Notes: generated from the letters alone by a model not told the origin. A stretch of 64,000 bases of DNA from an uncultured Muribaculum sp. (GCA_910578835.1 CAJTSK010000004.1:7067-71066), one strand, 5' to 3'; counted from the first letter of the stretch, positions 1 to 9,441 are shown. Numbers and translations: made by a program.

Positions 1-130
1 CCACAATACTGGCGCTAACTGCGTGGAACCTTATAGGGCGACATTTCATTAAATCAAGAAAAAAGCTGACGGCATAAACTTTTTTACAGTCACCGCCGTT
101 ATATCCGTGAACGTATTCTACTATTTATCT

Positions 131-1327
131 ATGAACGGGAAACTACAAATGTTTCTGGCGATACTTTCGGTCTATCCCCTGGGACTCCAAGCCCAAGGGA
201 TAGACGATGTTATTTCATCCCTGAAATCAATAAATCATTTTGACGCGACTGTCGACTACTCGGTGCTGATGTCTCTTCAAGATGACGTCGATTACACTCT
301 CCACCTGAAATCGTGGAATGCGCCTGCCGACACGCTCGCGCCATGTGACTATCTAATTGAATGGAAAGTAGCCACACCCGATGGAGAAAGCACAGGCTTT
401 TCTGCCTATTACGACGGTAATGTCTACAACTTCCGCGGCGACAAGCTGCTCGAATATCATTACGACAGCAACAAGAGTTTGTTTCAGGCTCGCGGCATGG
501 GAGCGGCATCGCTACCGGGCGTACAGCGTCGAGCGCAGTTTTCAGAACTGTTGCCACAATTCATCGCCGAACAGCTTGACGAGATAAAAAATAATCCCGA
601 CTACCGATACATCATTCACACCGATACCGTGATAAACGGAACAAACCGCACGGCAATTGACGGAACCATGACCATGTCGGGTCAGGTGATGAAAGAGTTT
701 CTTTATGTATTTGACAAAGCGGGAATGCCCGTGATGGTAAACATGGAAAACAATCCCGGCGCACTTGCCGAGCAATCCATCACCGCCACCTATGCATATT
801 CTCCCGACACGGCAGCACATGAACGTATAAACGAAGATATTCTCCGCAGGATTTATCCGGAAATCTTTGACCGATACCGCGAAAGCAATTTCGCCATAGA
901 AAACCTGCCCGGACAGCGTCTGCCGGGCTTCGCACTCCCCACCACTACAGGCGAGCGCTACTCGCGTATGCTGGGCGACAAATTCCGATGTCCTACCGTG
1001 ATTGTAATGCTTGATGCCAATGGTGCTTTCTCCTCACCAACTGTTAGCGCCGTGAAATCGGCGGTCGACAGCCTCCCCTTTAACAGCGACATAATCTGGG
1101 CATTTTCGGGCAACAACGTTGACGACATCGAAGCCATCGTGCCACAGATACGTGTCGGCGAACACCTGCTCATGAGTGCCAAGCCACTCGCCCGCGACTG
1201 TGGCGTGACATCTTATCCGTCGATTATTGTGTGTCGTGCCGATGGTACTGTCGCCGATATCGTGCTTGGCTACAACAATGACCTGTCATCGGTTGTTATA
1301 CAGAAGGTAGCAGATGCCGCCAAATAA
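131..1327 (+). CDS. Exported protein with C-terminal thioredoxin/redoxin-like fold (no CxxC)
   Basis: Signal-peptide-like N-terminus; C-terminal LPGFALPTTTGERY...CGVTSYPSIIVCRADGTV resembles TlpA/AhpC-TSA. ATG 131 preferred over GTG 107. Confidence 0.6.
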   Translation: MNGKLQMFLAILSVYPLGLQAQGIDDVISSLKSINHFDATVDYSVLMSLQDDVDYTLHLKSWNAPADTLAPCDYLIEWKVATPDGESTGFSAYYDGNVYNFRGDKLLEYHYDSNKSLFQARGMGAASLPGVQRRAQFSELLPQFIAEQLDEIKNNPDYRYIIHTDTVINGTNRTAIDGTMTMSGQVMKEFLYVFDKAGMPVMVNMENNPGALAEQSITATYAYSPDTAAHERINEDILRRIYPEIFDRYRESNFAIENLPGQRLPGFALPTTTGERYSRMLGDKFRCPTVIVMLDANGAFSSPTVSAVKSAVDSLPFNSDIIWAFSGNNVDDIEAIVPQIRVGEHLLMSAKPLARDCGVTSYPSIIVCRADGTVADIVLGYNNDLSSVVIQKVADAAK

Positions 1328-1353
1328 AATATTTCAAATTTAATAATCAGATT

Positions 1354-1851
1354 ATGGAAACCGTATATTTTAAAGGAAACGCTTGTCACACAGCCGGTCT
1401 TCTTCCCTCTGTCGGCGAGAAGGCACCCGAGTTCACTCTTGTCGACGCCGACCTCAAAGAGTTACACCTCGGCGATTTTCCCGGCAAGAAAGTTGTACTC
1501 AACATCTTCCCGAGCCTTGACACGGCAGTGTGTGCCATGAGTGTCAGAAAGTTTAATGAAAAGGCAGCTGCCAAGAAAGATGCGGTTGTGCTGTGTGTGT
1601 CGATGGACCTCCCCTTTGCAGCAAAGCGTTTCTGTACCCTCGAAAACATAAACGATGTATATCCGGCATCAGCTTTCCGGTCTCCGGAGTTTGCCAAGGG
1701 CTACGGCGTGGAGTTGGTCGACGGACCGCTGAAAGGATTACTTACACGCGCCGTGATTATCATCGATGAAAAAGGCACGGTTATTTACCATGACCTCGTG
1801 AATGAAATCACCGACGAGCCCGACTATGAGGCGGCTTTAAAAATGCTCTAA
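1354..1851 (+). CDS. tpx: Thiol peroxidase (Tpx)
   Basis: LNIFPSLDTAVCAMSVRKFN and SMDLPFAAKRFC motifs; 165 aa. Confidence 0.93.
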   Translation: METVYFKGNACHTAGLLPSVGEKAPEFTLVDADLKELHLGDFPGKKVVLNIFPSLDTAVCAMSVRKFNEKAAAKKDAVVLCVSMDLPFAAKRFCTLENINDVYPASAFRSPEFAKGYGVELVDGPLKGLLTRAVIIIDEKGTVIYHDLVNEITDEPDYEAALKML

Positions 1852-2273
1852 ATTTTCGACTTCATAAAATCTTCGTAGAGGCGGATATAGTCCGCCTCTA
1901 CGTATTTATCGGAGGCGAGAACCAGACACACCGCCCCTGATGAAAAATCATCAAGAGTGCGCCATATGCCCGGCACTATATGCAATCCTCTGTCAGGGCG
2001 GTTAAGCATGTAGGTATGTTTATCTACCCCGTCATCTACCGTCACCGTGAAACTCCCGCTCGCCGCCACGATAAGCTCATGAAGTTCCTTATGGGAATGC
2101 CCGCCGCGGCTCTCTCCGCCCGGCACATCATAAAGATAATAAGTGCGCTTTATGTTAAACGGAAATTCACCGTTGTTTTGCACCACGGTAAGATTTCCTT
2201 CACGGTTTCCTGAATGTGTCTCAAGCATTATTACCCCGCAATCCGAAATACGGGAATCTTTCATGTCAGTCAT
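1848..2273 (-). CDS. FdtA/QdtA (WxcM-like) dTDP-sugar 3,4-ketoisomerase, cupin
   Basis: [20 protein letters not shown] and YIRLYEDF motifs. Confidence 0.88.
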   Translation of the reverse strand: MTDMKDSRISDCGVIMLETHSGNREGNLTVVQNNGEFPFNIKRTYYLYDVPGGESRGGHSHKELHELIVAASGSFTVTVDDGVDKHTYMLNRPDRGLHIVPGIWRTLDDFSSGAVCLVLASDKYVEADYIRLYEDFMKSKI

Positions 2274-3378
2274 TGCGATAATTATTTACGATTTCTGATA
2301 TGGCAAGCGCGTCATCGGGCGATGTACATGCAGGGTTGACAGGCAGACTCACCACCTCAGCGGCAAGCTTGTCGGCAATAGGCAGCGACAATCCCGAATA
2401 CTCCTTATAACAAGGCTGACGATGAGGCGACAACGGATAGTTAACGTCAGTCCCTACCCCATGGTCAAGCATATAGGCACGGAAGCGGTCACGGTCGGCT
2501 ACACGCACGACATATTGATGCCATACATGCCGCCCTGTCACCTCAGCCGGTAATATTACTCTGTCATTAACAATGTTACCGCCATATACTGCGGCAATGG
2601 CGCGTCGACCCTCAGTCTCCTCCTCCAGTCTGGCAAGACGCACCTTGAGCATGGCTGCCTGTATTGTATCAAGACGGCTGTTGTATCCTTGATATATATT
2701 GTGGTAACGGCGCGAACTACCATAATTGGCAAGCGCCCTTACTGCATCCGCAAGGCGACTGTCGTCGGTGGTCACCGCCCCGGCATCGCCAATAGCCCCT
2801 ATATTTTTAGTCGGGTAAAAACTGAATGCCGCGGCATCGCCAAGATGTCCCGTCGACATTCCGTCTACGCTTGCCCCGATAGCCTGGGCATTGTCTTCTA
2901 TCACTTTCAATCCATGACGTGCCGCGATGTCTCTCATCAGTCGCGAATAAGCCGGCTGCCCGTAGAGATGCACCGTCAATATGGCTCGTGTACGCGGAGT
3001 CACAGCCGCTTCAATCAAGGTGTCATCTATATTCATAGTCACGAGCGAAGGCTCCACAAACACCGGGGTCAACCCCATGTCGGTCACGGCAAGCACCGTG
3101 GCTATATATGTATTGGAGGGCACAATCACCTCGTCGCCAGGTTTCATTTCGCCAAGCTCGACATAGCCCCTGAGTATCAGGCGTAACGCGTCAAGACCGT
3201 TGGCGACACCAACAGCATAAGCCGCTCCACACGATGAAGCGAGCATCGTTTCAAATGTCTCAACCTCTTCGCCGCCGACATATCTTCCACTGTCAATAAC
3301 CCTGTTGCAAGCCTCTTTAAGCTCACAGGCATAAGAAGCGGTTACCTTTGCCAAGTCAAGAAAAGGATATCTAATCAT
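2266..3378 (-). CDS. DegT/DnrJ/EryC1/StrS PLP aminotransferase (FdtB-like)
   Basis: [33 protein letters not shown] motifs. Confidence 0.92.
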   Translation of the reverse strand: MIRYPFLDLAKVTASYACELKEACNRVIDSGRYVGGEEVETFETMLASSCGAAYAVGVANGLDALRLILRGYVELGEMKPGDEVIVPSNTYIATVLAVTDMGLTPVFVEPSLVTMNIDDTLIEAAVTPRTRAILTVHLYGQPAYSRLMRDIAARHGLKVIEDNAQAIGASVDGMSTGHLGDAAAFSFYPTKNIGAIGDAGAVTTDDSRLADAVRALANYGSSRRYHNIYQGYNSRLDTIQAAMLKVRLARLEEETEGRRAIAAVYGGNIVNDRVILPAEVTGRHVWHQYVVRVADRDRFRAYMLDHGVGTDVNYPLSPHRQPCYKEYSGLSLPIADKLAAEVVSLPVNPACTSPDDALAISEIVNNYRND

Positions 3379-3381
3379 TTA

Positions 3382-3428
3382 GAGCTTGTTTAATAAATGT
3401 TACCGTCAGGGCGGTCATTCGTCGAGCA
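3382..3428 (+). repeat. Solo left end of the 348-bp element
   Basis: TTA|GAGCTTGTTTAATAAATGTTACCGTCAGGGCGGTCATTCGTCGAGCA matches 4744-4793 with a 3-nt deletion and about 2 substitutions. Confidence 0.9.
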
Positions 3429-3851
3429 TCTTTCTCCCTGCGCCGCAAGCCGGCAAAACTCATCATAATCACGTATGTAATCGGCCTCATCATAAAGTGT
3501 CGATGAAAGCACATAAGCAAGCGAATTGGTAGAAAAGTTATCTATGTACCGCCAAGTCATCGGAGGCACATACAATCCGTAATAAGAGCGCGACAAGTGA
3601 TAGCGCCTCTCATCCTTGCCATCAGATAGCACGACATCAAACGACCCCGAAAGAGCCACAATCACCTCCTCCTGAGTATGGAACGCATGCCCCCAGCGTT
3701 TTTTACCGCCGGGCACATCATAAATCCAATAGGCACGCTGAAGCGTGAATGGCAACTGTTCAGGAGCCTGAATAAAAGAAAGATTGCCGCGCGGATCCTC
3801 AATCTTTGGGAAATCTATGGTACGAACCTTATTCAACGCCATTTTCCGCAA
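3390..3851 (-). CDS. Second FdtA/QdtA-like cupin; C-terminus derived from a repeat-element end
   Basis: [29 protein letters not shown]; last codons ([12 protein letters not shown]) lie in the repeat end at 3382-3428. Confidence 0.85.
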   Translation of the reverse strand: MRKMALNKVRTIDFPKIEDPRGNLSFIQAPEQLPFTLQRAYWIYDVPGGKKRWGHAFHTQEEVIVALSGSFDVVLSDGKDERRYHLSRSYYGLYVPPMTWRYIDNFSTNSLAYVLSSTLYDEADYIRDYDEFCRLAAQGERCSTNDRPDGNIY

Positions 3852-4713
3852 GCTGTATTAGATAGGCACCATATTCATTTTTAGCCATAGGCTGTGCAAG
3901 AGCGAGAAGCTGCCCGGCATCAATATATCCCTTTCTGAATGCAATCTCTTCAAGAGCAGCCACCTTGAAGCCTTGACGCTTCTCGATTGCCTCCACAAAG
4001 CACGATGCTTCCATCAAAGAGTCGGTAGTGCCGGTGTCAAGCCATGCAAACCCACGACCAAATCGCTTCACACTAAGTTTATTACGGCTCAGATATTCAA
4101 GATTTACCGATGTTATCTCAAGTTCGCCACGTGCCGACGGCTTGATATTTTTAGCCACCTTCACTACATCGTTAGGATAAAAATAAAGTCCTACAACGGC
4201 ATAATCCGATACCGGAAACTCAGGCTTTTCCTCAATGGAAATTGCCTTGCCCGACTCATCAAACGCCACAACGCCGTAACGCTGCGGGTCATGCACCTTG
4301 TAGGCAAACACCACGGCATCTCCCTCCTGCTCCGTGGTACGGACCGCATCAAGAAGCATTCCGGTGAAACCCTGTCCATAAAATATATTGTCGCCCAACA
4401 CCAGACATACATCATCGTCACCGATAAACTCTTCGCCAATCAGAAATGCCTGGGCAAGACCTTCGGGACGCGGTTGCTCGGCAAAGCTGAAGTTGACACC
4501 GAGCGATTTTCCATCGCCAAGCAGACGCTTGAATCCGGGAAGATCCTCTGGAGTGGATATTATAAGTATGTCACGTATGCCCGCAAGCATCAACACCGAT
4601 ATCGGATAATACACCATCGGCTTGTCATATATGGGTATCAATTGCTTGGAAACCCCCTTGGTTACAGGATACAACCTGGTACCGGAGCCACCGGCAAGTA
4701 CAATTCCTTTCAT
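3829..4713 (-). CDS. rfbA: Glucose-1-phosphate thymidylyltransferase
   Basis: [45 protein letters not shown]. Confidence 0.97.
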   Translation of the reverse strand: MKGIVLAGGSGTRLYPVTKGVSKQLIPIYDKPMVYYPISVLMLAGIRDILIISTPEDLPGFKRLLGDGKSLGVNFSFAEQPRPEGLAQAFLIGEEFIGDDDVCLVLGDNIFYGQGFTGMLLDAVRTTEQEGDAVVFAYKVHDPQRYGVVAFDESGKAISIEEKPEFPVSDYAVVGLYFYPNDVVKVAKNIKPSARGELEITSVNLEYLSRNKLSVKRFGRGFAWLDTGTTDSLMEASCFVEAIEKRQGFKVAALEEIAFRKGYIDAGQLLALAQPMAKNEYGAYLIQLAENGVE

Positions 4714-4743
4714 CGTATCTAATATGTTTAGTGATTACTCTTA

Positions 4744-5091
4744 GAGCCTGTTTAATAATAAATGTTACTGTCAGGGCGGTCATTCGTCGAGCAGATTTTT
4801 GTTTGTGATGAGGGAGTTATGGGATTCCATAACGACCGAAGAGCAGGCGGAAAGATGCCGGCGAATGACCGACGGGAGGTAATTTGTTTCATATCGTTGA
4901 CATATTTTTACATTTGTTTCAAAGGTCATCAAGAGGTTGAGTGATTATAAAGTTACCTTTAGTCTCGTATATCTTGGTCGCTTTTCAGCCTGTTCCTCAG
5001 TCGTGTACATAAAGTACACTCCTTCGTCACATGTTGAAAATCGTCTCAAGCTATACGACCCTGACAGCAACATTTATTATTAAACAAGCTC
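4744..5091 (+). mobile_element. 348-bp non-autonomous MITE-like element, copy 1
   Basis: 33-bp TIRs at 4744-4776 and 5059-5091 (2 mismatches); TTA on both flanks; near-identical inverted copy at 10763-11110; no transposase inside. Confidence 0.9.
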
Positions 5092-5219
5092 TTAAACTTG
5101 TGCAATTTACAAAAATTCCACGAAATAACAGCAACGACTTCTTAAAAACGGTTGTACCACTCAAAATTTCCGAAACAATTCTCCTTATAAATAAGATACT
5201 TTTCATGAAGCGAAATTTA

Positions 5220-5251
5220 TTTGGTTTATATTATAAATATATTTATATTTG
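5220..5251 (+). promoter_or_regulatory. Bacteroidetes housekeeping promoter (-33 TTTG, -7 TAnnTTTG)
   Basis: TTTG 5220-5223, 20-nt spacer, TATATTTG 5244-5251, about 50 bp before the 5303 ATG. Confidence 0.7.
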
Positions 5252-5302
5252 CGCATTATTTATTCATAAAACTATCTCATTTCATAAACCGAACAGCCAT
5301 AT

Positions 5303-7381
5303 ATGACAATCAATAAAGCGATTACACCATTAACAGCTTATCTGCTGATTGCGTCACTAACCTGTGTCAATGCGCAATCAACAGCTACTGACTCTCTGAA
5401 ACTTTCAAAAATGCTTGATGAAATTGTCATTTCCGCTCCTGAATGCATCGTAGCGGGCAACAAAACAATCTATATCCCCGAGAGACGGCTTACCGACGCT
5501 GTAAACTCGACAATACAGCTACTCGCAGGAATTCAATTGCCGGAGCTAACCGTAAATATGACCACAGGCAATATCAATATATCGGGGGGAGGCAAACTAT
5601 CAATAAGAATCAACGGTCGCCCGGCATCTGAACGCGACCTCGCGTTAGTGTCGCCAAAGCAAATTGCAAGAATCGAATACATAAATAACCCGGGCATTAG
5701 ATATGGAGATGCAGAAGGTGTGCTCAACATCACCGTAAAACGCCCCGCTACAAGCGGATACTCCATATTTGCCAACCTCCTCCAGTCGCCCAACCGAGGA
5801 TGGGGTGACTACACAGTGGCAATCAAGCACAATATCGGGAAAAGCGAATGGAGCATCGACTACCACAGTAATCCTATGTGGGACATGGATTGCTATCGCG
5901 ACAATCGCGAGAACTTCATTCTTCCCGACGGCAAACATGTAACCAGGGAAGAGACAGGCATAAAGACTCCTAACCGAATGGTGACTCATCGTGGTGCGTT
6001 GCAATATTCCTATGCCGAAGGCAATTCAATGCTGCTGAATGTGCAGGCACGCCTGTTATACACTGATGACTATTACCACACAACAGGCTCAATCATAACC
6101 TCATCAGAAGCCATCACATCTTTGACTATAGAAGATGAAACAAATCCTATAAAATCGATTCAAACCGACCTCGACCTGTATTTTCACAAGCGCATTGGCA
6201 AAAAGCAGAATATTTATCTTAACATTGTGCCTACTCTGATTGAATCAAAATCGAGCCACCAATATATAACCGACATGATTGACATCACCAACCGCTCATA
6301 TCAGAAAGGTCACCGCCTGTCAATGGAAGGAATATGGGAATATCGGCTCGATACAGGCACCTTATCTACCGGCATAAGAAGCAATTACCGTAGCGACAGG
6401 CTGCAACATGAACCTGCGGGAACAATCCTTCACGAGAGACTTTCTCAAAACGACCTCCTTGCCGAGTGGCGTCATAGCGGGTCCATCTGGCAATATGAAG
6501 CAGGCGTGGCCCTCACTTACATCACCGGCTCCTCAACCTCCGGTAAGAAAGTAGCATTAAATCCCCGTGCATCGCTCCATTATCGGTTTTCCGACCATGG
6601 AAGCGCAGGGCTGTATTTTGAAAGCAGCTCGGTAACACCCGGAGTAAACGATGTAAGCCCTACCCTCCAGCGAGTCGACCGATATCAGTGGAGCCAGGGA
6701 AGTGAACGGCTGAGCCCCTACCTCACCTACACTGCAAAAGGAGAGTTCAACTTTAAATTACATAATGTAACAGCTAAGATAACCGTAAGCAACAGCTATG
6801 CCGACAATCCAATTATGACAGCAAAGAGATATTGTGACGACATGATTGTACAATCGCCTTACAACGCCGGTTACAACAATCATTTCGACACGCACGCAAT
6901 GTTGAGGCTGCCGCTTTTCTCCGGTCATCTCTCACTGACAGCAGAAGGGGGTTGGCACCGATTTGACAGCAAAGGGATTAATTATCGCCATTCCTACTCA
7001 CAACCCTATGTGAATCTACAACTGATGTTACTGCTAAAATCATGGTGGTTTATGGCTAAATACAACAATAGCTATAATCGGCTATGGGGAGAGACAATCA
7101 CGAGCGCCAACCAAAACCTCACTAACTTAGGCATAGGCTACACCTATAAGTCCATTACGTTGAGTGGCGGGGTGGTCAATCCGCTGGGCAATGTAGCACT
7201 CAGGTCGCGCGACCTGTCAAAAATCGCAGGTTACGACCGCATCTATCAGGCTACCGGCTCAAACACCCTGATATGGGGAGGCATAACAATCAATCTCCGC
7301 CACGGTAAAAAACGCGTGGCAACACAAAAGAAGCTTGACAATGACTATAAATATGAATCAATAACCAACGCTAAAAAGTAA
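5303..7381 (+). CDS. Outer-membrane beta-barrel protein, TonB-dependent-receptor-like
   Basis: Signal peptide, LDEIVISA, plug-like IARIEYINNPGIRY...GVLNI, amphipathic beta strands. Confidence 0.75.
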   Translation: MTINKAITPLTAYLLIASLTCVNAQSTATDSLKLSKMLDEIVISAPECIVAGNKTIYIPERRLTDAVNSTIQLLAGIQLPELTVNMTTGNINISGGGKLSIRINGRPASERDLALVSPKQIARIEYINNPGIRYGDAEGVLNITVKRPATSGYSIFANLLQSPNRGWGDYTVAIKHNIGKSEWSIDYHSNPMWDMDCYRDNRENFILPDGKHVTREETGIKTPNRMVTHRGALQYSYAEGNSMLLNVQARLLYTDDYYHTTGSIITSSEAITSLTIEDETNPIKSIQTDLDLYFHKRIGKKQNIYLNIVPTLIESKSSHQYITDMIDITNRSYQKGHRLSMEGIWEYRLDTGTLSTGIRSNYRSDRLQHEPAGTILHERLSQNDLLAEWRHSGSIWQYEAGVALTYITGSSTSGKKVALNPRASLHYRFSDHGSAGLYFESSSVTPGVNDVSPTLQRVDRYQWSQGSERLSPYLTYTAKGEFNFKLHNVTAKITVSNSYADNPIMTAKRYCDDMIVQSPYNAGYNNHFDTHAMLRLPLFSGHLSLTAEGGWHRFDSKGINYRHSYSQPYVNLQLMLLLKSWWFMAKYNNSYNRLWGETITSANQNLTNLGIGYTYKSITLSGGVVNPLGNVALRSRDLSKIAGYDRIYQATGSNTLIWGGITINLRHGKKRVATQKKLDNDYKYESITNAKK

Positions 7382-7386
7382 CAACA

Positions 7387-7749
7387 ATGAAACAATTATC
7401 AATCACTCTCAGTGCAGTCGTAGCAGCAACCTGTGTTGCCGCATCACAACCCGCAGTAGTAATCAACGAGATTCCTTATGCCGAGGGAACTGTCTACATC
7501 TCTGTATCTGACGGCGGCACAACCATCACATCCAAAGCAATCGAAATAGAGAGCGACACGGCATCCATAGATTTCGACCTGAGCCAATATGCCGGACACA
7601 GGCTCTTGTTTCAAGCGTTTCAAGATCTTAATGAAAACCGCAATCTCGATTTTGACACCTATGGCCGCCCCACTGAACCATGTCTCAGGGAGGAAATCGA
7701 GATAACGCCATCTTCACAACAAATATATTTGAAGCTTAACCAATATTAG
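7387..7749 (+). CDS. DUF2141-like exported protein
   Basis: GTVYISV...AFQDLNENRNLDFDTYGRPTEP pattern. Confidence 0.7.
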   Translation: MKQLSITLSAVVAATCVAASQPAVVINEIPYAEGTVYISVSDGGTTITSKAIEIESDTASIDFDLSQYAGHRLLFQAFQDLNENRNLDFDTYGRPTEPCLREEIEITPSSQQIYLKLNQY

Positions 7750-7798
7750 AACCCTGACTAATCTTTAATCTCAACATAAAAAATGCTAACTTTGCAAC

Positions 7799-8365
7799 AT
7801 GAGACCGGAAGACAGCCTTGACATAATAGCCGACATGATGTCGCAGACACGCAGAAGCGTACTGCAAGACTCCTACGCGCCATTCCTCATTTGGGGATGG
7901 GCGACGGTAGCAATCGGACTATCGGTATATCTTCTGGTCACATTGCTCCATAACCCCGGCTTCTACCTGCTATGGTTTATGCTTCCAGTAATAGGCGTGA
8001 CAGGGATGAAAATAAGGAAGCGACAACACAAAAGCGAGGTAAAGGCTACATTGACTTCGCCTCTGGCAAGCATCTGGAAAATGTTTCTCGTACTCTTGAT
8101 ATGTTTTTCCGTTAGCTCATTTCTAATTTCCTACAATGTATTGTTTTTCATTCTGCTCATCCTTTCAATCGGATGTTATGTCACAGGCGCATCGATAAAG
8201 TATCCGTTGCTTCAATATTCCTCGATTATAGGATTTATTGTCGACGCATCGCGATGGATTGTGACAGGACCATTGCAGATAATACTGTTTCTCATCGCTA
8301 TAATAGCGATGATGATCATACCCGGCTATAAGATGAAAGAAGATTTAAGATATGACCGAACTTGA
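7799..8365 (+). CDS. Integral membrane protein, about 6 TM
   Basis: EDSLDIIADMM N-terminus, FLIWGW, several hydrophobic stretches; overlaps the downstream regulator. Confidence 0.7.
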   Translation: MRPEDSLDIIADMMSQTRRSVLQDSYAPFLIWGWATVAIGLSVYLLVTLLHNPGFYLLWFMLPVIGVTGMKIRKRQHKSEVKATLTSPLASIWKMFLVLLICFSVSSFLISYNVLFFILLILSIGCYVTGASIKYPLLQYSSIIGFIVDASRWIVTGPLQIILFLIAIIAMMIIPGYKMKEDLRYDRT

Positions 8366-8681
8366 CCCGATAATACATTCTCAGCTCCGGCTTGCCGTGC
8401 TCTCCATACTCATGAGTGTGGAAGATGCCGACTTTATGTTTCTCAAAGAGAAGACAGGCTCCACCATGGGCAATCTAAGCGTGCAGATAACAAAATTGTC
8501 AGATGCCGGCTATATCGAGGTAGAGAAGACATTCAAAAACAAGCGACCGCGCACCGTTTGCCGCATGACCGAAAAAGGGCGGGAAGCGTTCAACCGATAC
8601 ATCTGTGCGCTTAAAGAGCTTGTTGCCCCGGCAATGGGAGCAGGCTCTATACCCGACAATCTTACCACCTCCACGATATAA
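8352..8681 (+). CDS. Winged-helix transcriptional regulator (HTH_34, ArsR/MarR-like)
   Basis: LDPIIHSQLRLAVLSIL...GNLSVQITKL..AGYIEVEKTF..RPRT. Confidence 0.88.
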   Translation: MTELDPIIHSQLRLAVLSILMSVEDADFMFLKEKTGSTMGNLSVQITKLSDAGYIEVEKTFKNKRPRTVCRMTEKGREAFNRYICALKELVAPAMGAGSIPDNLTTSTI

Positions 8682-8704
8682 GGACTTGACCCATCATATA
8701 GCGC

Positions 8705-8739
8705 AAAAAGAAAAGCTGTCGTTACTGACAGCTTTCTTT
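8705..8739. terminator. Likely bidirectional intrinsic terminator
   Basis: AAAGCTGTC-gttact-GACAGCTTT flanked by A and T runs, between convergent genes. Confidence 0.75.
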
Positions 8740-8774
8740 AGTTTATGCATGCATCATATTCCTGGTTAGTTATG

Positions 8775-8960
8775 TCAGCACAGTCCCTTATCCTGTCCGT
8801 GCTTGATAACAGCTTCACAGATAAAATCGGTAATGCTGTCAACCTGTTCGAGAACCGCATGCACTGTCGCCGGCGCATTGAAGCCGTATCGTTTTACTGT
8901 CGATTTTTTGCGGCCTGCACCCGGGCGACGACCGCCTCTTTTCTTTGCAGATTCTTCCAT
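8775..8960 (-). CDS. Small basic putative DNA-binding protein (GGxRxGAGRK motif)
   Basis: RGGRRPGAGRKK followed by a strand-helix-helix pattern; minus-strand TAGATTTG at 9029-9036; terminator downstream. Confidence 0.6.
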   Translation of the reverse strand: MEESAKKRGGRRPGAGRKKSTVKRYGFNAPATVHAVLEQVDSITDFICEAVIKHGQDKGLC

Positions 8961-9168
8961 AATTCGCCTAAACTAATTGCACAAAAAACTTAATGTTAAT
9001 TCTTCAGAATCACTTCTGAAAATATTTGCAAATCTACAAAAAAAGTAACACCAAACCTCAACTATTAATAAATTTTTCGTTTATTTCTGTTTACAGCATG
9101 AATGCATTAGCATATAATCTATCACAATTTAAAACACATTAACAAAGATGTGCAACCGCCACACCCAT

Positions 9169-9441
9169 TTAAGGATTGTAACGGCTTTTATCGTAAAATT
9201 GCATTATGGCAAACGCCTGCTTCAATGCCTCGCCTGCAGGCGATGTCGAATCAAGTTCGGCTGCCCGGGCATAATCATTGATAGCGGCACGCCTCTGCTC
9301 GGTGCGCCAGAAAAGCTTACCGCGCTCATAGTATAATGAAGCGTCGTCAGGCGACGACGTGATAAGCCCGGTGATTTCAACAATTGCCTTCTCTATTTCG
9401 TTTTTATCTATAAGACGTGTTATCTCGATAGGTAATGTCAT
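9169..9441 (-). CDS. Tetratricopeptide repeat protein
   Basis: LYYERGKLFWR....AAINDYARAAELD; C-terminal FYDKSRYNP. Confidence 0.8.
   Translation of the reverse strand: MTLPIEITRLIDKNEIEKAIVEITGLITSSPDDASLYYERGKLFWRTEQRRAAINDYARAAELDSTSPAGEALKQAFAIMQFYDKSRYNP

Noticed and set aside
4805..4842. Hammerhead ribozyme resemblance (GTGATGA...GAAG)
   Set aside because: Core deviates from CUGAnGA/GAAA and no third stem with a cleavage triplet is evident; tandem-GA k-turn geometry fits better.
4762..4944. Identical 60-aa ORFs at 4762-4944 and 10910-11092, and the MLKI.SSYTTLTATFIIKQAL ORFs at 5031 and 10823
   Set aside because: By-products of the repeat element; no transposase or other recognisable motif.
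4744..5091. CRISPR array, or IS110/IS200-type element
   Set aside because: No repeat-spacer periodicity and no cas or recombinase gene; true terminal inverted repeats with a 3-bp duplication indicate DDE-type ends.
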